Shown here: piece after piece, positions 9,173-19,604 of the stretch | Layout: every line of letters starts with the position of its first letter | Position numbering within the stretch: the stretch's first letter is position 1 | Sequence record: NC_023568.1 | Length of the DNA stretch: 64,000 nt | Strand: one strand, 5' to 3' | Notes under the pieces: model-generated | Databases searched by the model: none | Told to the model about the DNA's origin: nothing | Seen by the model: only the letters and a program-made list of their open reading frames with translations | Made by a program: the position numbers and the translations under genes

Positions 9173-11131
9173 ATGACAACTAACTCGAATTTGCCTGTTA
9201 GTTCTGGCTCGTTTGAGACAATCAAGCAAGATCTTATTCAATATCTGAAAGGTCAAGACGAGTTCAAGGATTATGACTTCAAGGGAAGTCGTCTGAACGT
9301 ACTAACAGATTTGCTTGCATACAGCACAATGTACATGCAGCACTACTCGAATGCAGCATTGTTCGAGAGTTTTATTCGCACTGCTCAAAAACACAGCAGT
9401 GTAGTTCAGCACGCTCAAGATATGGGTTACGCGCCTAGTTCTTTATCGGCAGCAACACATACAATCGGTATCAAAGCGTATCACGCTGAAAACCCAGTTG
9501 AAATTACGCTAGGTACGGGTACTCGTTTCAGTGCTGACGTTGATGGGGTTGATTACTACAGCTACATCGTGTGGGAACCTCACATTCTAATCGGTGCAAA
9601 GCAGGACCCATTAGACCCACAAAGCCCGCTTGTATATCAAGACCAGATAGACCTCGTTCAAGGCACTTTAGGTCGATATGAGGCGCTATTTAGTGAAACC
9701 GAATCGATTACGATCAAAGACCCAGATTTAGATCGAAACTATGTGCGTGTGTTCGTTGATAACACGGAATGGACTAACTGGACAGACAAATCGATAGTCA
9801 ATGTAACAGGCGGTTCAAACGTATTCTATCTGCGTGAAACTGTAGATGGTTACACTGAGGTTTACTTCGGTGAAGGCGAACTAACTGACTTTGTAGAAAG
9901 TGGTGGTGCTTACGACCCGGGTTATATCGGCGGTCTGCGTCCAATCGAAGGTCAGCGCATTCGTGTTCAATATGTGAAAACACAGGGACCAGTTGCTAAC
10001 GGCTCAAAACGATTCACATGGGCAGATGACATTCCTAACTTCCAGTTAGATGATAAAAACATCGACGATAACCCGAATAACGATGAAAACTTTGTTGGTT
10101 CGATTGGTGGTGGTTATGCTGAAGGCACGGAGCGTATTCGCGAACTAGCCCCTATTTTCAGAGAGTCGCAGCGTCGTTGTGTTACTAAACTTGACTATGA
10201 AACATTTGTTTCTCAGAAGTTCGGTAACATCGTTCAGTCTGTTCAGGCGTTCGGAAGCTCAGATAAGCCAGGTTATGTGTTTATCTCGATTAAGCCGAAG
10301 AGCGGGTTGACACTACCACAAGTAGCGCGACAAGACATCGAAGAATATTTGAAAGAATTCAATATCGTTACAGTGACACCTAAAGTCGTTGACCCAGATT
10401 ACTTGTATGTAAAACATAATCTGAGAATCAACTACCGTACAGGTTCATTGGCTGAAGGTGCTGATTATTTGAAAGCTCAAATCATCAATGCGATTTCAGA
10501 TTATTACTACAATGATGTTGAGATCTTCAATGCATCGTTCCATGTTTCTAAGATGTTGAGCTATGTTGATGAAGCTCACCCGTCAATTCTAGGTTCTAGA
10601 TGTGACATTAGCTTAATTCGTGAATTAGCGAATTTCGCTCAAACGCCTATGAGTGGCTATAGTTTCTTAAACCCGATTACTGAGCGTTCTGTAAAATCAG
10701 AAGATATCATGTTCACCCCGGGCGGGTATGACGTGCAGATCAGAACGACAGCCGCACGAACTGCACCGACCGAAGAAGATATCGGTACGATGTTATTGGG
10801 TCCATTTGCACCCGGTGATATTACAAACCCGCTAGACCCAGAAACTGGCTTGCCTACGGGTGCTTATACTGATAACGACTTTGATCGTGAAGTAATCGGC
10901 TCGCGCAGCTTATACTACCGAATTGGTACTATCAACTACGCATCAGGTATGATGGACTATGATTTCATCAACTTGGGGATAAACTCAGCAGATTGGGATG
11001 TGACTGGTAATTTGATTGTATCAGCTTCGCCTACACGATCTAATATATACACAGATGACGGTAGCTTGATCGTATATGAGAACGAGCTTCGTCCTCAATA
11101 CACAGATATCGTTCTTGAGGGTATTTCTTAA
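9173..11131 (+). CDS. gp6: Baseplate wedge gp6
   Basis: FKDYDFKGSRLNVLTDLLAY, ESFIRTAQ and QRRCVTKLDYETFV. Confidence 0.96.
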   Translation: MTTNSNLPVSSGSFETIKQDLIQYLKGQDEFKDYDFKGSRLNVLTDLLAYSTMYMQHYSNAALFESFIRTAQKHSSVVQHAQDMGYAPSSLSAATHTIGIKAYHAENPVEITLGTGTRFSADVDGVDYYSYIVWEPHILIGAKQDPLDPQSPLVYQDQIDLVQGTLGRYEALFSETESITIKDPDLDRNYVRVFVDNTEWTNWTDKSIVNVTGGSNVFYLRETVDGYTEVYFGEGELTDFVESGGAYDPGYIGGLRPIEGQRIRVQYVKTQGPVANGSKRFTWADDIPNFQLDDKNIDDNPNNDENFVGSIGGGYAEGTERIRELAPIFRESQRRCVTKLDYETFVSQKFGNIVQSVQAFGSSDKPGYVFISIKPKSGLTLPQVARQDIEEYLKEFNIVTVTPKVVDPDYLYVKHNLRINYRTGSLAEGADYLKAQIINAISDYYYNDVEIFNASFHVSKMLSYVDEAHPSILGSRCDISLIRELANFAQTPMSGYSFLNPITERSVKSEDIMFTPGGYDVQIRTTAARTAPTEEDIGTMLLGPFAPGDITNPLDPETGLPTGAYTDNDFDREVIGSRSLYYRIGTINYASGMMDYDFINLGINSADWDVTGNLIVSASPTRSNIYTDDGSLIVYENELRPQYTDIVLEGIS

Positions 11132-14100
11132 TGGCAAACGTATTACAAGCACCTCCAATTATGGGGGTGTCTATTGACAAATTGACGCGAAACTATGCGG
11201 AACTTTCATGGTCAACCGTGGGCGAAAACTTTCGCTACGAGATTCATGTTCGTTCGGCTGTTAGTGCAGAAATTCTTCTAACACAAAGTTTCACAGCGTT
11301 ATACCCTAACCCGTTTACTAGCGAAACGAGACTGTTTACGAATATTAACAGTTCTGTTCGTTATTATCAATGGAGAATTCGTTCTGTTTACAAGGGTTTT
11401 GAACCGAGTGAGTGGGTTACATCTGATATCGGGTATACGTCGGACACAAACGATTACGACATCACGACTCAAGACGAATTCATTCCCGCATCTTCATTCA
11501 TTGAAGAGCGTTTGAATAACGACAACGACCAATACCTAAACAGTCGTAACAACCTACAAGCTACCCTAGTGCGACCAGGTTTTGAATTTGACCCTAATAT
11601 GTTTAACGTCGATTCAGCGGCATATTGGTTTGTTACAAATCCCGGTTTTAGTGCAAATTATGGCAAAGTCCCAACTGTATGTCAGAACGTTGATCGCGTA
11701 ATCCCTGTTGTTATAGACGATGTTATATATGCGTTCGAACGCTGGCAACAAGTTTGTAAAGTGTCTAACGACGGCGGTAGAACATGGCAGACATATAAAG
11801 CAACGAACTCAAGACTAGGGAACCCAGTCTATGATTGCATCTGTAAGCAGTCTAACGCATTTAGTTATCTACTAGGGTATGATTACCTTATTCAAGGCGT
11901 ACAATCGAATGACGTTGATTACTCGCACGATAATGGGCTTGAATATTCACATGCATCGGTTGATTTGACGTTCGATAAACTAGACTTCGACTTAGGGTTT
12001 GGGTTCGATGTTGAGCGTTTCAAAGATTTGGCTATATTACCACCACAAGTGCGTAACAAAGCAGACGCTTTCGGCGTTGATGATGTAATGTCCGTTGTAA
12101 CATACGCAAACACCTACGTGTGGCATAACAACAGAATCCCGCGCATTTTCGATAACGTATTATCAGAACTATATGGCGAACGTATTTTCGAAACAACAGG
12201 CGAATTAAACAACGAACCTGTTTACTTTGAAGATAAGATTGTGAAAAACGACGCGAGTCGACCTAATTTTGATGAAAACACAGCAGATGTGTGTGTTAAG
12301 AAAATTCAGTACTTCGACGACCCAGAGCAAGGTCTCGATTATCAAGACGGAAATATGTTCGCGCTAGTCATAGGTGAGTGGGAGCATGACGAGAACGGTA
12401 AACGAATCGGTACATCTGACCCGAATGGGATTCGCGGTGTTTATCGACTAAATCGCACAGCGACATTGAGAGATGGTATCGTTATTGGTTACACTGGCTT
12501 GACATGGGAACGTGTATACGGAAACATTGAAGAAGAACGCGAACTTCTAAACGAACGTTCAGTTATTTCACGTGACAACACTCATTTGATTGTAGGTCAC
12601 GATCTAACAAAGAACTACGGTGAAGAAGGCAACCCAGCTTACGACAATCGTCAAGAGTCTAGCGGTGCACCTGGTAATTTCCACTCAACTGCGGGTGATA
12701 ACTACGGTACAATAGATGACCCGTATCTAGTTTCAGACAACGATGAAGTTGACGAAGCTGTTCGTATGTTCACTAAACCGTTCTTTACAACATACGTTAA
12801 GCCGATGACACAGATTATCGCGACGAAAGACGGTGATGATTGGTACTACAAGCCGCAAGATTATTACGGATCCGCGCATTTCAACTGGATGCAGCGTGCT
12901 GAAACACGTGATTGGAAATCTTGGGCAAATGAAATCATGTACTACAAGAAAGAGTCAATTTTCAGAAGCGATTTTGAAGATCTAGACGAATATAAATGGA
13001 AAGAGACATTTGACGAAGGTGAATACAAACTGGAAGCACCTAATCTATCGATTTTCGGGTTTAATGGTTATGCAGCAGGTGCGATCATTCACAGCGCGAA
13101 CGACAACAAGGTAATAGGTTACTACAAGTTTCCATACCGCGTTGATATCACAGCGCCAATTCGCTGGTCGCCTGAGCGTCGTGTAATCACGGCTAGTTTG
13201 TCTAATTATTCTCCAGTAATTATCGAGCCGCCTGAAGAAGACCCAACAAGTATGCTCGACCCGACTCTGACACCATTGATTTACAAGATGATGCCAGAGA
13301 ATTATCTCGATGCAGACGGGTTTTACAAGAGTTTTGCAAAGCACTACTTAGATTTCATCAGTAAAGGTGATGGTACGGCTTATAATAACGTGTATAACTT
13401 GCTTAACAGCAAAAACCCACTTGACGACCATTACACTGAGTATCTACACAAATTAGTATACGAGCGAAATCGTATTCTAGAGCCAGAGAAACGTGATGCA
13501 GTTGTTAAATTTTTCTTGGCACGACGTGCAGATTTTTACAGCACTAAAGGTATTTTAGACTCATACAAGTTCTTGTTCAAGTTACTGTACAACGAAGATG
13601 TTGAAGTTGAAATAGAATCGCTTAACACGTTTGAATATTCAATCGTTGTTAACTCAAATGACGTAACCGATGATGTGGTAGGTCGTAGAATTTATTCAGA
13701 GACAGGCAACGCAGACGTGACATATGTTGACCGTCATTACATTGAAGGTAAACGTTACTGGAAATTGACTTTGAACAACTTAATCGGTGAGTTGAACATC
13801 GGCGACACGTTAGAAATCGACGGTCTGGAATTCACTGCAACTGCGATTACTCGCGTACAAGGTGAACGAATCGACTACGATTCAAATGAATTTCTTGATC
13901 GAAGCAAATCATACTACGTTATGAAGATTCGTTCTGAGATTCAGCTTAGTCAGTACAAAGATGATGTAATTCGATTTGTACACCCAATTGGGTTTGGGTT
14001 CTTAGGTATTACGTTGCTGACAGTATTGATCAATCACGGTATCTCAGTCAACCACCACGAAACGATTGTAGATTCATACAGATTGATTCGCTATGACAAC

Positions 14101-14628
14101 GGTATAGGGAATAACTTCACTGAAGAAACTTCATTGCTTGATGGTAACGACGATAGAATTTACAACTCGTTCGGTGAACTTCAATTGAAGCCACACCCGT
14201 TAGCACTAGAAGACCCGCTTGATCATGCGATTCAAGATCGATTGACTAATACACAGGGTATTACAATCATCGACTACAACAACTACTGGGCTAATGATCG
14301 TGTGATTGCTTTAGATGAGTATTCAGCTATCGACGAGCAACGATATATAGAAACAGACACGGGTGATATCAACGATGAATGGGGCGGTAAGAAACGTGTT
14401 CTGAATCCCAATTACAACCCAACTGCGAAAGTTCAATCAGCAGACGCAAACGGGTCGGTATATTGGGGAATGACAGCATACGAACGAACTCCTGCATTTA
14501 TGTTTGACTGGTCAGCAGCATCGACGAGTATTTCAGATATGTACGAAGATTCTGATTACAGATTGAAAGACAACGTTGGCAACCCATATGACCCAGTAAC
14601 GCCGACTCAAAAACAAATAGGTGAATAA
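11131..14628 (+). CDS. gp7: Baseplate wedge initiator gp7
   Basis: N-terminal FN3-like region (LSWSTVGENFRYEI), FYSTKGILDSYKFLFKLLYNEDV and RFVHPIGFGF. Confidence 0.93.
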   Translation: MANVLQAPPIMGVSIDKLTRNYAELSWSTVGENFRYEIHVRSAVSAEILLTQSFTALYPNPFTSETRLFTNINSSVRYYQWRIRSVYKGFEPSEWVTSDIGYTSDTNDYDITTQDEFIPASSFIEERLNNDNDQYLNSRNNLQATLVRPGFEFDPNMFNVDSAAYWFVTNPGFSANYGKVPTVCQNVDRVIPVVIDDVIYAFERWQQVCKVSNDGGRTWQTYKATNSRLGNPVYDCICKQSNAFSYLLGYDYLIQGVQSNDVDYSHDNGLEYSHASVDLTFDKLDFDLGFGFDVERFKDLAILPPQVRNKADAFGVDDVMSVVTYANTYVWHNNRIPRIFDNVLSELYGERIFETTGELNNEPVYFEDKIVKNDASRPNFDENTADVCVKKIQYFDDPEQGLDYQDGNMFALVIGEWEHDENGKRIGTSDPNGIRGVYRLNRTATLRDGIVIGYTGLTWERVYGNIEEERELLNERSVISRDNTHLIVGHDLTKNYGEEGNPAYDNRQESSGAPGNFHSTAGDNYGTIDDPYLVSDNDEVDEAVRMFTKPFFTTYVKPMTQIIATKDGDDWYYKPQDYYGSAHFNWMQRAETRDWKSWANEIMYYKKESIFRSDFEDLDEYKWKETFDEGEYKLEAPNLSIFGFNGYAAGAIIHSANDNKVIGYYKFPYRVDITAPIRWSPERRVITASLSNYSPVIIEPPEEDPTSMLDPTLTPLIYKMMPENYLDADGFYKSFAKHYLDFISKGDGTAYNNVYNLLNSKNPLDDHYTEYLHKLVYERNRILEPEKRDAVVKFFLARRADFYSTKGILDSYKFLFKLLYNEDVEVEIESLNTFEYSIVVNSNDVTDDVVGRRIYSETGNADVTYVDRHYIEGKRYWKLTLNNLIGELNIGDTLEIDGLEFTATAITRVQGERIDYDSNEFLDRSKSYYVMKIRSEIQLSQYKDDVIRFVHPIGFGFLGITLLTVLINHGISVNHHETIVDSYRLIRYDNGIGNNFTEETSLLDGNDDRIYNSFGELQLKPHPLALEDPLDHAIQDRLTNTQGITIIDYNNYWANDRVIALDEYSAIDEQRYIETDTGDINDEWGGKKRVLNPNYNPTAKVQSADANGSVYWGMTAYERTPAFMFDWSAASTSISDMYEDSDYRLKDNVGNPYDPVTPTQKQIGE

Positions 14629-15652
14629 AGTGGCAAAAATTTACAGATCAACAATCACAACAGAGTATCGAGTTAATAACTTGATGAACTTCTACGAAAA
14701 CGTAGGTGATGACGACGACAAGAACACAATTTACCTTATGTTCGGTCGTAACGAGCCTTGGTCAGACCGCGAAGATGAAATAAACTTCGCGCCACCTTAC
14801 CCAAACGATAGCCCAGATGGGAAAGCAGACGTTTGGGCGCGTGCGCTAGGTCTGATTAAGATTCCAAAATCACAGCTTCGCCCTGTTCTTCCTCGCAAGG
14901 ACTGGGGCGACCCTGACCTAAACGATTCACTTCGTTTCACATTTGGCGATATCGTGACAGTTAATACGATGTCAATCAACAGTCACCCGAGCGCATTGAA
15001 CGGCTATATGGTTTATCGATGTGTCGATATTCCAGAGACTGACCCGAATAACACAAACATTCGTGGTACATGTTCAATATCAACAGTCACAAATAAAAAT
15101 GATTGTGTAGCAGTTGGGGGTGAATGGAATGCACCGTCATCACCCGGTAACCAAGAGAATATCCCTCATGGTACAGGGAATGCGATTGAAACAGGTGACG
15201 GTTACGTATGGGAATATCTATACACTATCCCGCCGAATGAAGTCTTAACGAACGTGACAAAAGAATACATCGTTTGTCCGTTCCCTAACGACATCATCGA
15301 AAATCGAGTTGCGTGGGGTCTTGATCAGAATATCGTATTCAACGAGAACTACGACGAAACTATTTTCAACGTAGGTGCAGTTCAGTTACGATTCCGAGCT
15401 AAATTAGCAGGCTCTGACTTTATTCACTTATTCGGTCCCGGGAATAACGGGTATCGTCAGATTTCACTTGTTCAGAACCCATTATTGATTCGTCAAGAAG
15501 GTGATACCGAAGACACGAAAGCGACTGAAGTTAGATACGACCCGCATGAGATACAAGCAGGAACAGGTCAAATTATCTACATGGAAAACCGTCAGCCGAT
15601 TCGTAAAACATTAGACCAGGTAGAAGAATTCAATCTGATCTACAACTTCTAA
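14621..15652 (+). CDS. gp8: Baseplate wedge gp8
   Basis: IYRSTITTEYR, MFGRNEPW, VYRCVD, GDGYVWEYLYTIP and IIYMENRQPI. Confidence 0.96.
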   Translation: MNKVAKIYRSTITTEYRVNNLMNFYENVGDDDDKNTIYLMFGRNEPWSDREDEINFAPPYPNDSPDGKADVWARALGLIKIPKSQLRPVLPRKDWGDPDLNDSLRFTFGDIVTVNTMSINSHPSALNGYMVYRCVDIPETDPNNTNIRGTCSISTVTNKNDCVAVGGEWNAPSSPGNQENIPHGTGNAIETGDGYVWEYLYTIPPNEVLTNVTKEYIVCPFPNDIIENRVAWGLDQNIVFNENYDETIFNVGAVQLRFRAKLAGSDFIHLFGPGNNGYRQISLVQNPLLIRQEGDTEDTKATEVRYDPHEIQAGTGQIIYMENRQPIRKTLDQVEEFNLIYNF

Positions 15653-15673
15653 TAAATACAGTAAATAACTCAT

Positions 15674-15691
15674 AAGGCGCATATGCGCCTT
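15674..15691 (+). terminator. Perfect palindrome AAGGCGCATATGCGCCTT between gp8 and gp9
   Basis: 18-bp palindrome followed by TCTT, just upstream of the gp9 RBS GGAGA. Confidence 0.5.
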
Positions 15692-15705
15692 TCTTGGAGA
15701 AAGAA

Positions 15706-16662
15706 ATGGGACGTAATAGATTAGAAACTGGTACGGCGGGTTCGGTCGGTACTGGTGATACAATTCACAATGGTGGTAATAAGCTGCGTGATAACTCAGA
15801 TGAGTTTTACCATATTAATGCAGACTTTGAGCTAACCGATGCAGGTGAAAACTATATCCCTGCATATAATGACATCGCACCTAGACCTCATGCAGGTGGT
15901 TATTGGCAGAGAATTCCACCGAGTTCTACTGCGGGCGGTTCGGGTGGTCCGAACAATACAAACTTACTGACATCAATCGTAACAGGTGGTAAATATGACA
16001 TCGACACGTCATCATTAGGCGGCGGTGCATCGATGACGTTGAATTTACCGAAGATTGGCACGACAGCAGGGATGGCAAAACGCGGTGAGCGAATAGAGTT
16101 TCAGAACACAACAGCAACATTAGATACAAACCCGATTGTACTAGCACCATCATCAGGAGACGCTATTGTAGGTGCCCCAGAACTTAACGGAACTCAAATT
16201 GTTCGTACAAATCGATGTCATATCATCTGCACTGTCATTGACGATGGTACGGGATTAGCAGGAACGCCGCAGTGGGGTGTCAAAATCAACCCGATTGCAG
16301 GTGACTTCGGTGCGCCAGTTAATGACACGATTTACTCAATTCCAGACACGGTGACAGTTACAATGCCGCTATTCGATATTCAATCGTATGCAGCATGTAA
16401 ATTGATGGTTTATGCAGAGAATAGCGACCCTCTACAGGGTGGTGCTGTTACTCGACGCATGTCATCGGAATTGTTGCTGCTAAATAACATAACAGACGTT
16501 TATATTGATGAATATTCAGTAATCAATACAGACAAAGATTTTGGTAACTTGATTCTGATTGAACCGCGAGTTGACGCTGGCAACATCGTTCTTGATATTA
16601 CATCAAACGACGACAATGTTTCAATTGCTATCAAATCTATCGAAACAATCAGACTATCGTAA
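15706..16662 (+). CDS. gp9: Baseplate wedge gp9 (long-fibre socket)
   Basis: LETG..GSVGTGDTIHNGGNKLRDN N-terminus and position between gp8 and gp10. Start set at ATG 15706 after GGAGA (track uses TTG 15694). Confidence 0.88.
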   Translation: MGRNRLETGTAGSVGTGDTIHNGGNKLRDNSDEFYHINADFELTDAGENYIPAYNDIAPRPHAGGYWQRIPPSSTAGGSGGPNNTNLLTSIVTGGKYDIDTSSLGGGASMTLNLPKIGTTAGMAKRGERIEFQNTTATLDTNPIVLAPSSGDAIVGAPELNGTQIVRTNRCHIICTVIDDGTGLAGTPQWGVKINPIAGDFGAPVNDTIYSIPDTVTVTMPLFDIQSYAACKLMVYAENSDPLQGGAVTRRMSSELLLLNNITDVYIDEYSVINTDKDFGNLILIEPRVDAGNIVLDITSNDDNVSIAIKSIETIRLS

Positions 16663-16671
16663 GGGACAATA

Positions 16672-18918
16672 ATGAAACAGACGATCAACGTCGGACAAAT
16701 TGTTGATGACGGTACTGGTGATTACCTAAGAGTAGGTGGCATTAAGACCCGTGACAACTTCGACGAAATATACAGTCAATTAGGCGACGGTAGCAGATTA
16801 TATGCTGCCGGTGCTTGGCGCAATTGGAAATTTGCATCTACATATCTAAACGGTGATACATCGTACAACCCTGCTAACGCTGAACTGTATTTCGACGAGA
16901 ACGGCGATGGTCAGGGACCTGAATTGCGCGTAAGCTTTGGTGAATCATGGACTATCGATACGTCACTGGGTCCAGTTGATGTATATCTACCTAGTGGTGT
17001 TGAAGAAGCAGACTACGGTAAAGCGATTCGTTTACGTGACGTTAAAGGCACATGGTCTAAGCAGCTTGTAACAGTATACCCAGACCCTAAAGACTCGATA
17101 AAACGTGTCGCAGGTTCAACTCAAAACGACTTAGGTTCTGGCGCGGAATTCGGGAATGCATATCAAGATCTTGAGCTTGTATTCACCCCACCACGTCATT
17201 GGGAATATGTTGCACAGAAATACGTAAACGGTTTGACATTCGGTGACATCCCTAGTGTTCTACGTCGAGCAATCATCGCACGACAAGATCAGCGTGACTT
17301 CAACGTATCACTTGAATTAAATGGCGGGTTATACAATCAAGCTGCGGTAGAAGTGTATCGTCGTGGTAACTTGTTATACTTCGGTGACGAACTTAGCGAC
17401 TTCAGCGACTATGGTTCAATCCCGCTTCACACTGTTGAAGCATGGGTATCAAACAACCCAGAAACATATCACGTTGGTGATTTAGTACGAGGTGACGCTG
17501 TTACAGGTCGTGATGACCGCATCTGGCAATGTCTAGAAGAACACAACAGCATCGGCGCATGGGAAGAGTCTAAATGGGCTGAATTCGCAGATTTCCCAGA
17601 GTATGTAGACCACGCGGGTAGTACTGCATATGCAGTTGGTGATATCGTAACTCAAGACCACAATGGTTACTCTCAGACATTTGAATGTTTGATTTCACAT
17701 ACATCAGCATCGGGATATACAGATCTAACGGCTGATTCTCGTTGGAGACAGTTGACAAACGATGATCTAGCTCCGCTTGACGGTAGAACGATTCGTTTGC
17801 GTTTGGCTGCAAATGACGCTGACCCAATTGCGTTTATTACATACTTGAGTGACGTGTCGAGCTTCCGTAGTAGCTACGTTTTAAAATCAATTAAAGTAAT
17901 CGACCAAAACAACTACGCGGTAGACGAATCACCGGGACAAATCGTACGTAAAGATTTCGTACCTGACATGCAAATCACGTTGAGTGATTTCGGTCTTCCT
18001 GATTATACGCAGTTTAACACCGAAACACTAGAAGTATTAGTCAATGGTTCTCAGTTAACCAAGTCGAATACAGCAGGTAATGGTGATAGTCTAGCAGGCG
18101 GTGAGTATGATTACGATTATATTCAAGACTCGGAAGGTCGTTGGAATACGATTGTTTTCGCTGACCCGTTAATCGATAGCGACATTGTAACAGTTCGTTG
18201 GTATGACAACGTGATAGGTACATTGCTTACGTGGGATGACGGCGACGATAACTTGCAACAAAGAACCCGTGAGATTTTCGTTTCACGTGACGACTGGGCA
18301 GACGTACGACGCTCAAATAAGATCATGTACACCGACCCGCAAAACCCATCAGCGGCAGTAACTGAAGTTCTGCCAGACCCTGAGACGTTTGCACCGGGCG
18401 GTACGCTGACATCACTGTTTGAAAGTATCTTCCCTATTGGTTCGGTATACACAAATGCAAACAACCCGAATAACCCAGCCGATTACATGGGCTTTGGTAC
18501 ATGGGTTCGATATGCAGAGGGGCGTACAGTCGTGGGTTGGAACCCAAATGACGACGGTAAGTTCCACCGAAACAATAACAATGAAAATATCGTTCAAGCA
18601 GGTGGTACGGGTGGTTCAATTGGTGTGACTCTTACTCAAGAGAATATCCCTGAGCTAATCAGTACAACAAACCCAGATTACGCGAATGATTCTTCGCGTG
18701 ATATTAACAACATCACAGAACAATACAGCTTAGTTGCACGTTCAGCTACTTCAGGCGGTGACATTAACTTGAATGGTTGTTTAGGCGACCCTGAAAACAC
18801 TACGCCACTAGCTTACTACAAAGAAGAGCCAATCAAGGTCAATCATGGTCAGGTGGCTCAGGCGGTTGACGTAACTCAGCCATATATCACTGCATACACT
18901 TGGATAAGGACTGCATAA
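16672..18918 (+). CDS. gp10: Baseplate wedge gp10
   Basis: MKQTINVGQIVDDGTGDYLRVGG, FPIGSVYTNANNPNNPADYMGFGTW and QPYITAYTWIRTA. Confidence 0.95.
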   Translation: MKQTINVGQIVDDGTGDYLRVGGIKTRDNFDEIYSQLGDGSRLYAAGAWRNWKFASTYLNGDTSYNPANAELYFDENGDGQGPELRVSFGESWTIDTSLGPVDVYLPSGVEEADYGKAIRLRDVKGTWSKQLVTVYPDPKDSIKRVAGSTQNDLGSGAEFGNAYQDLELVFTPPRHWEYVAQKYVNGLTFGDIPSVLRRAIIARQDQRDFNVSLELNGGLYNQAAVEVYRRGNLLYFGDELSDFSDYGSIPLHTVEAWVSNNPETYHVGDLVRGDAVTGRDDRIWQCLEEHNSIGAWEESKWAEFADFPEYVDHAGSTAYAVGDIVTQDHNGYSQTFECLISHTSASGYTDLTADSRWRQLTNDDLAPLDGRTIRLRLAANDADPIAFITYLSDVSSFRSSYVLKSIKVIDQNNYAVDESPGQIVRKDFVPDMQITLSDFGLPDYTQFNTETLEVLVNGSQLTKSNTAGNGDSLAGGEYDYDYIQDSEGRWNTIVFADPLIDSDIVTVRWYDNVIGTLLTWDDGDDNLQQRTREIFVSRDDWADVRRSNKIMYTDPQNPSAAVTEVLPDPETFAPGGTLTSLFESIFPIGSVYTNANNPNNPADYMGFGTWVRYAEGRTVVGWNPNDDGKFHRNNNNENIVQAGGTGGSIGVTLTQENIPELISTTNPDYANDSSRDINNITEQYSLVARSATSGGDINLNGCLGDPENTTPLAYYKEEPIKVNHGQVAQAVDVTQPYITAYTWIRTA

Positions 18919-19604
18919 TGACGACTAAAGCAAGACATGCGTCACAAGTGTGGAGTAATGACTCACGCATGAAAGTTTTCGATCAAGATGCGATTAGCGA
19001 CTCGGGATTATTCCCGGGTGATCGCTTCAATTTCCGCGGTGCGGTATTGGGCGATTCGACAGTCGATGAGATTCAAGACGGTGCGTGGGACCCAAACGTG
19101 CAAGCTGCGATTATGCAGCTTGCTATGGCAGCAATTATGCCAGTAGGGACAATCATTGCTTCAACTGACGCTTCGAACCCATTCAACACAAATCAATTTA
19201 ATGAAACGATTACGTACAACGGTACATCGGGAGTTGAATACATAACGCTATACGGTGTTCCTGTTCAACTAGAAGTAGGCGATTCTGATAACGATATTGC
19301 AGAGAAAGTGTTCACTGCGTTACTAGAATCAGATCTGTTTGACATGGTTCCGACAGATCATGTACCACCATCAAATACGTTTCTTTTGAAGCACCGAAGC
19401 TCAAGACCGCACAATACAGCGTACACAGCGACGTTTGCAGACATTCTAGACCCTTTAGGGGCACCAACTGGGATTCAAGCGAAAAGCGTTGTCACGGGTA
19501 CATCAGACGGTCAGACGAGTCTTGGTTACGGCGAGTGGGAATTATATCACACTGATTCAACTACATTCACAGACCCTGTGTATTATTACAGAAGGATTGC
19601 ATAA
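18918..19604 (+). CDS. gp11: Baseplate wedge gp11 (short-fibre connector)
   Basis: Position, NVQAAIMQL..MPVGTII, LGYGEWELY and YYYRRIA. Start at ATG 18918 after AAGGA. Confidence 0.88.
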   Translation: MTTKARHASQVWSNDSRMKVFDQDAISDSGLFPGDRFNFRGAVLGDSTVDEIQDGAWDPNVQAAIMQLAMAAIMPVGTIIASTDASNPFNTNQFNETITYNGTSGVEYITLYGVPVQLEVGDSDNDIAEKVFTALLESDLFDMVPTDHVPPSNTFLLKHRSSRPHNTAYTATFADILDPLGAPTGIQAKSVVTGTSDGQTSLGYGEWELYHTDSTTFTDPVYYYRRIA

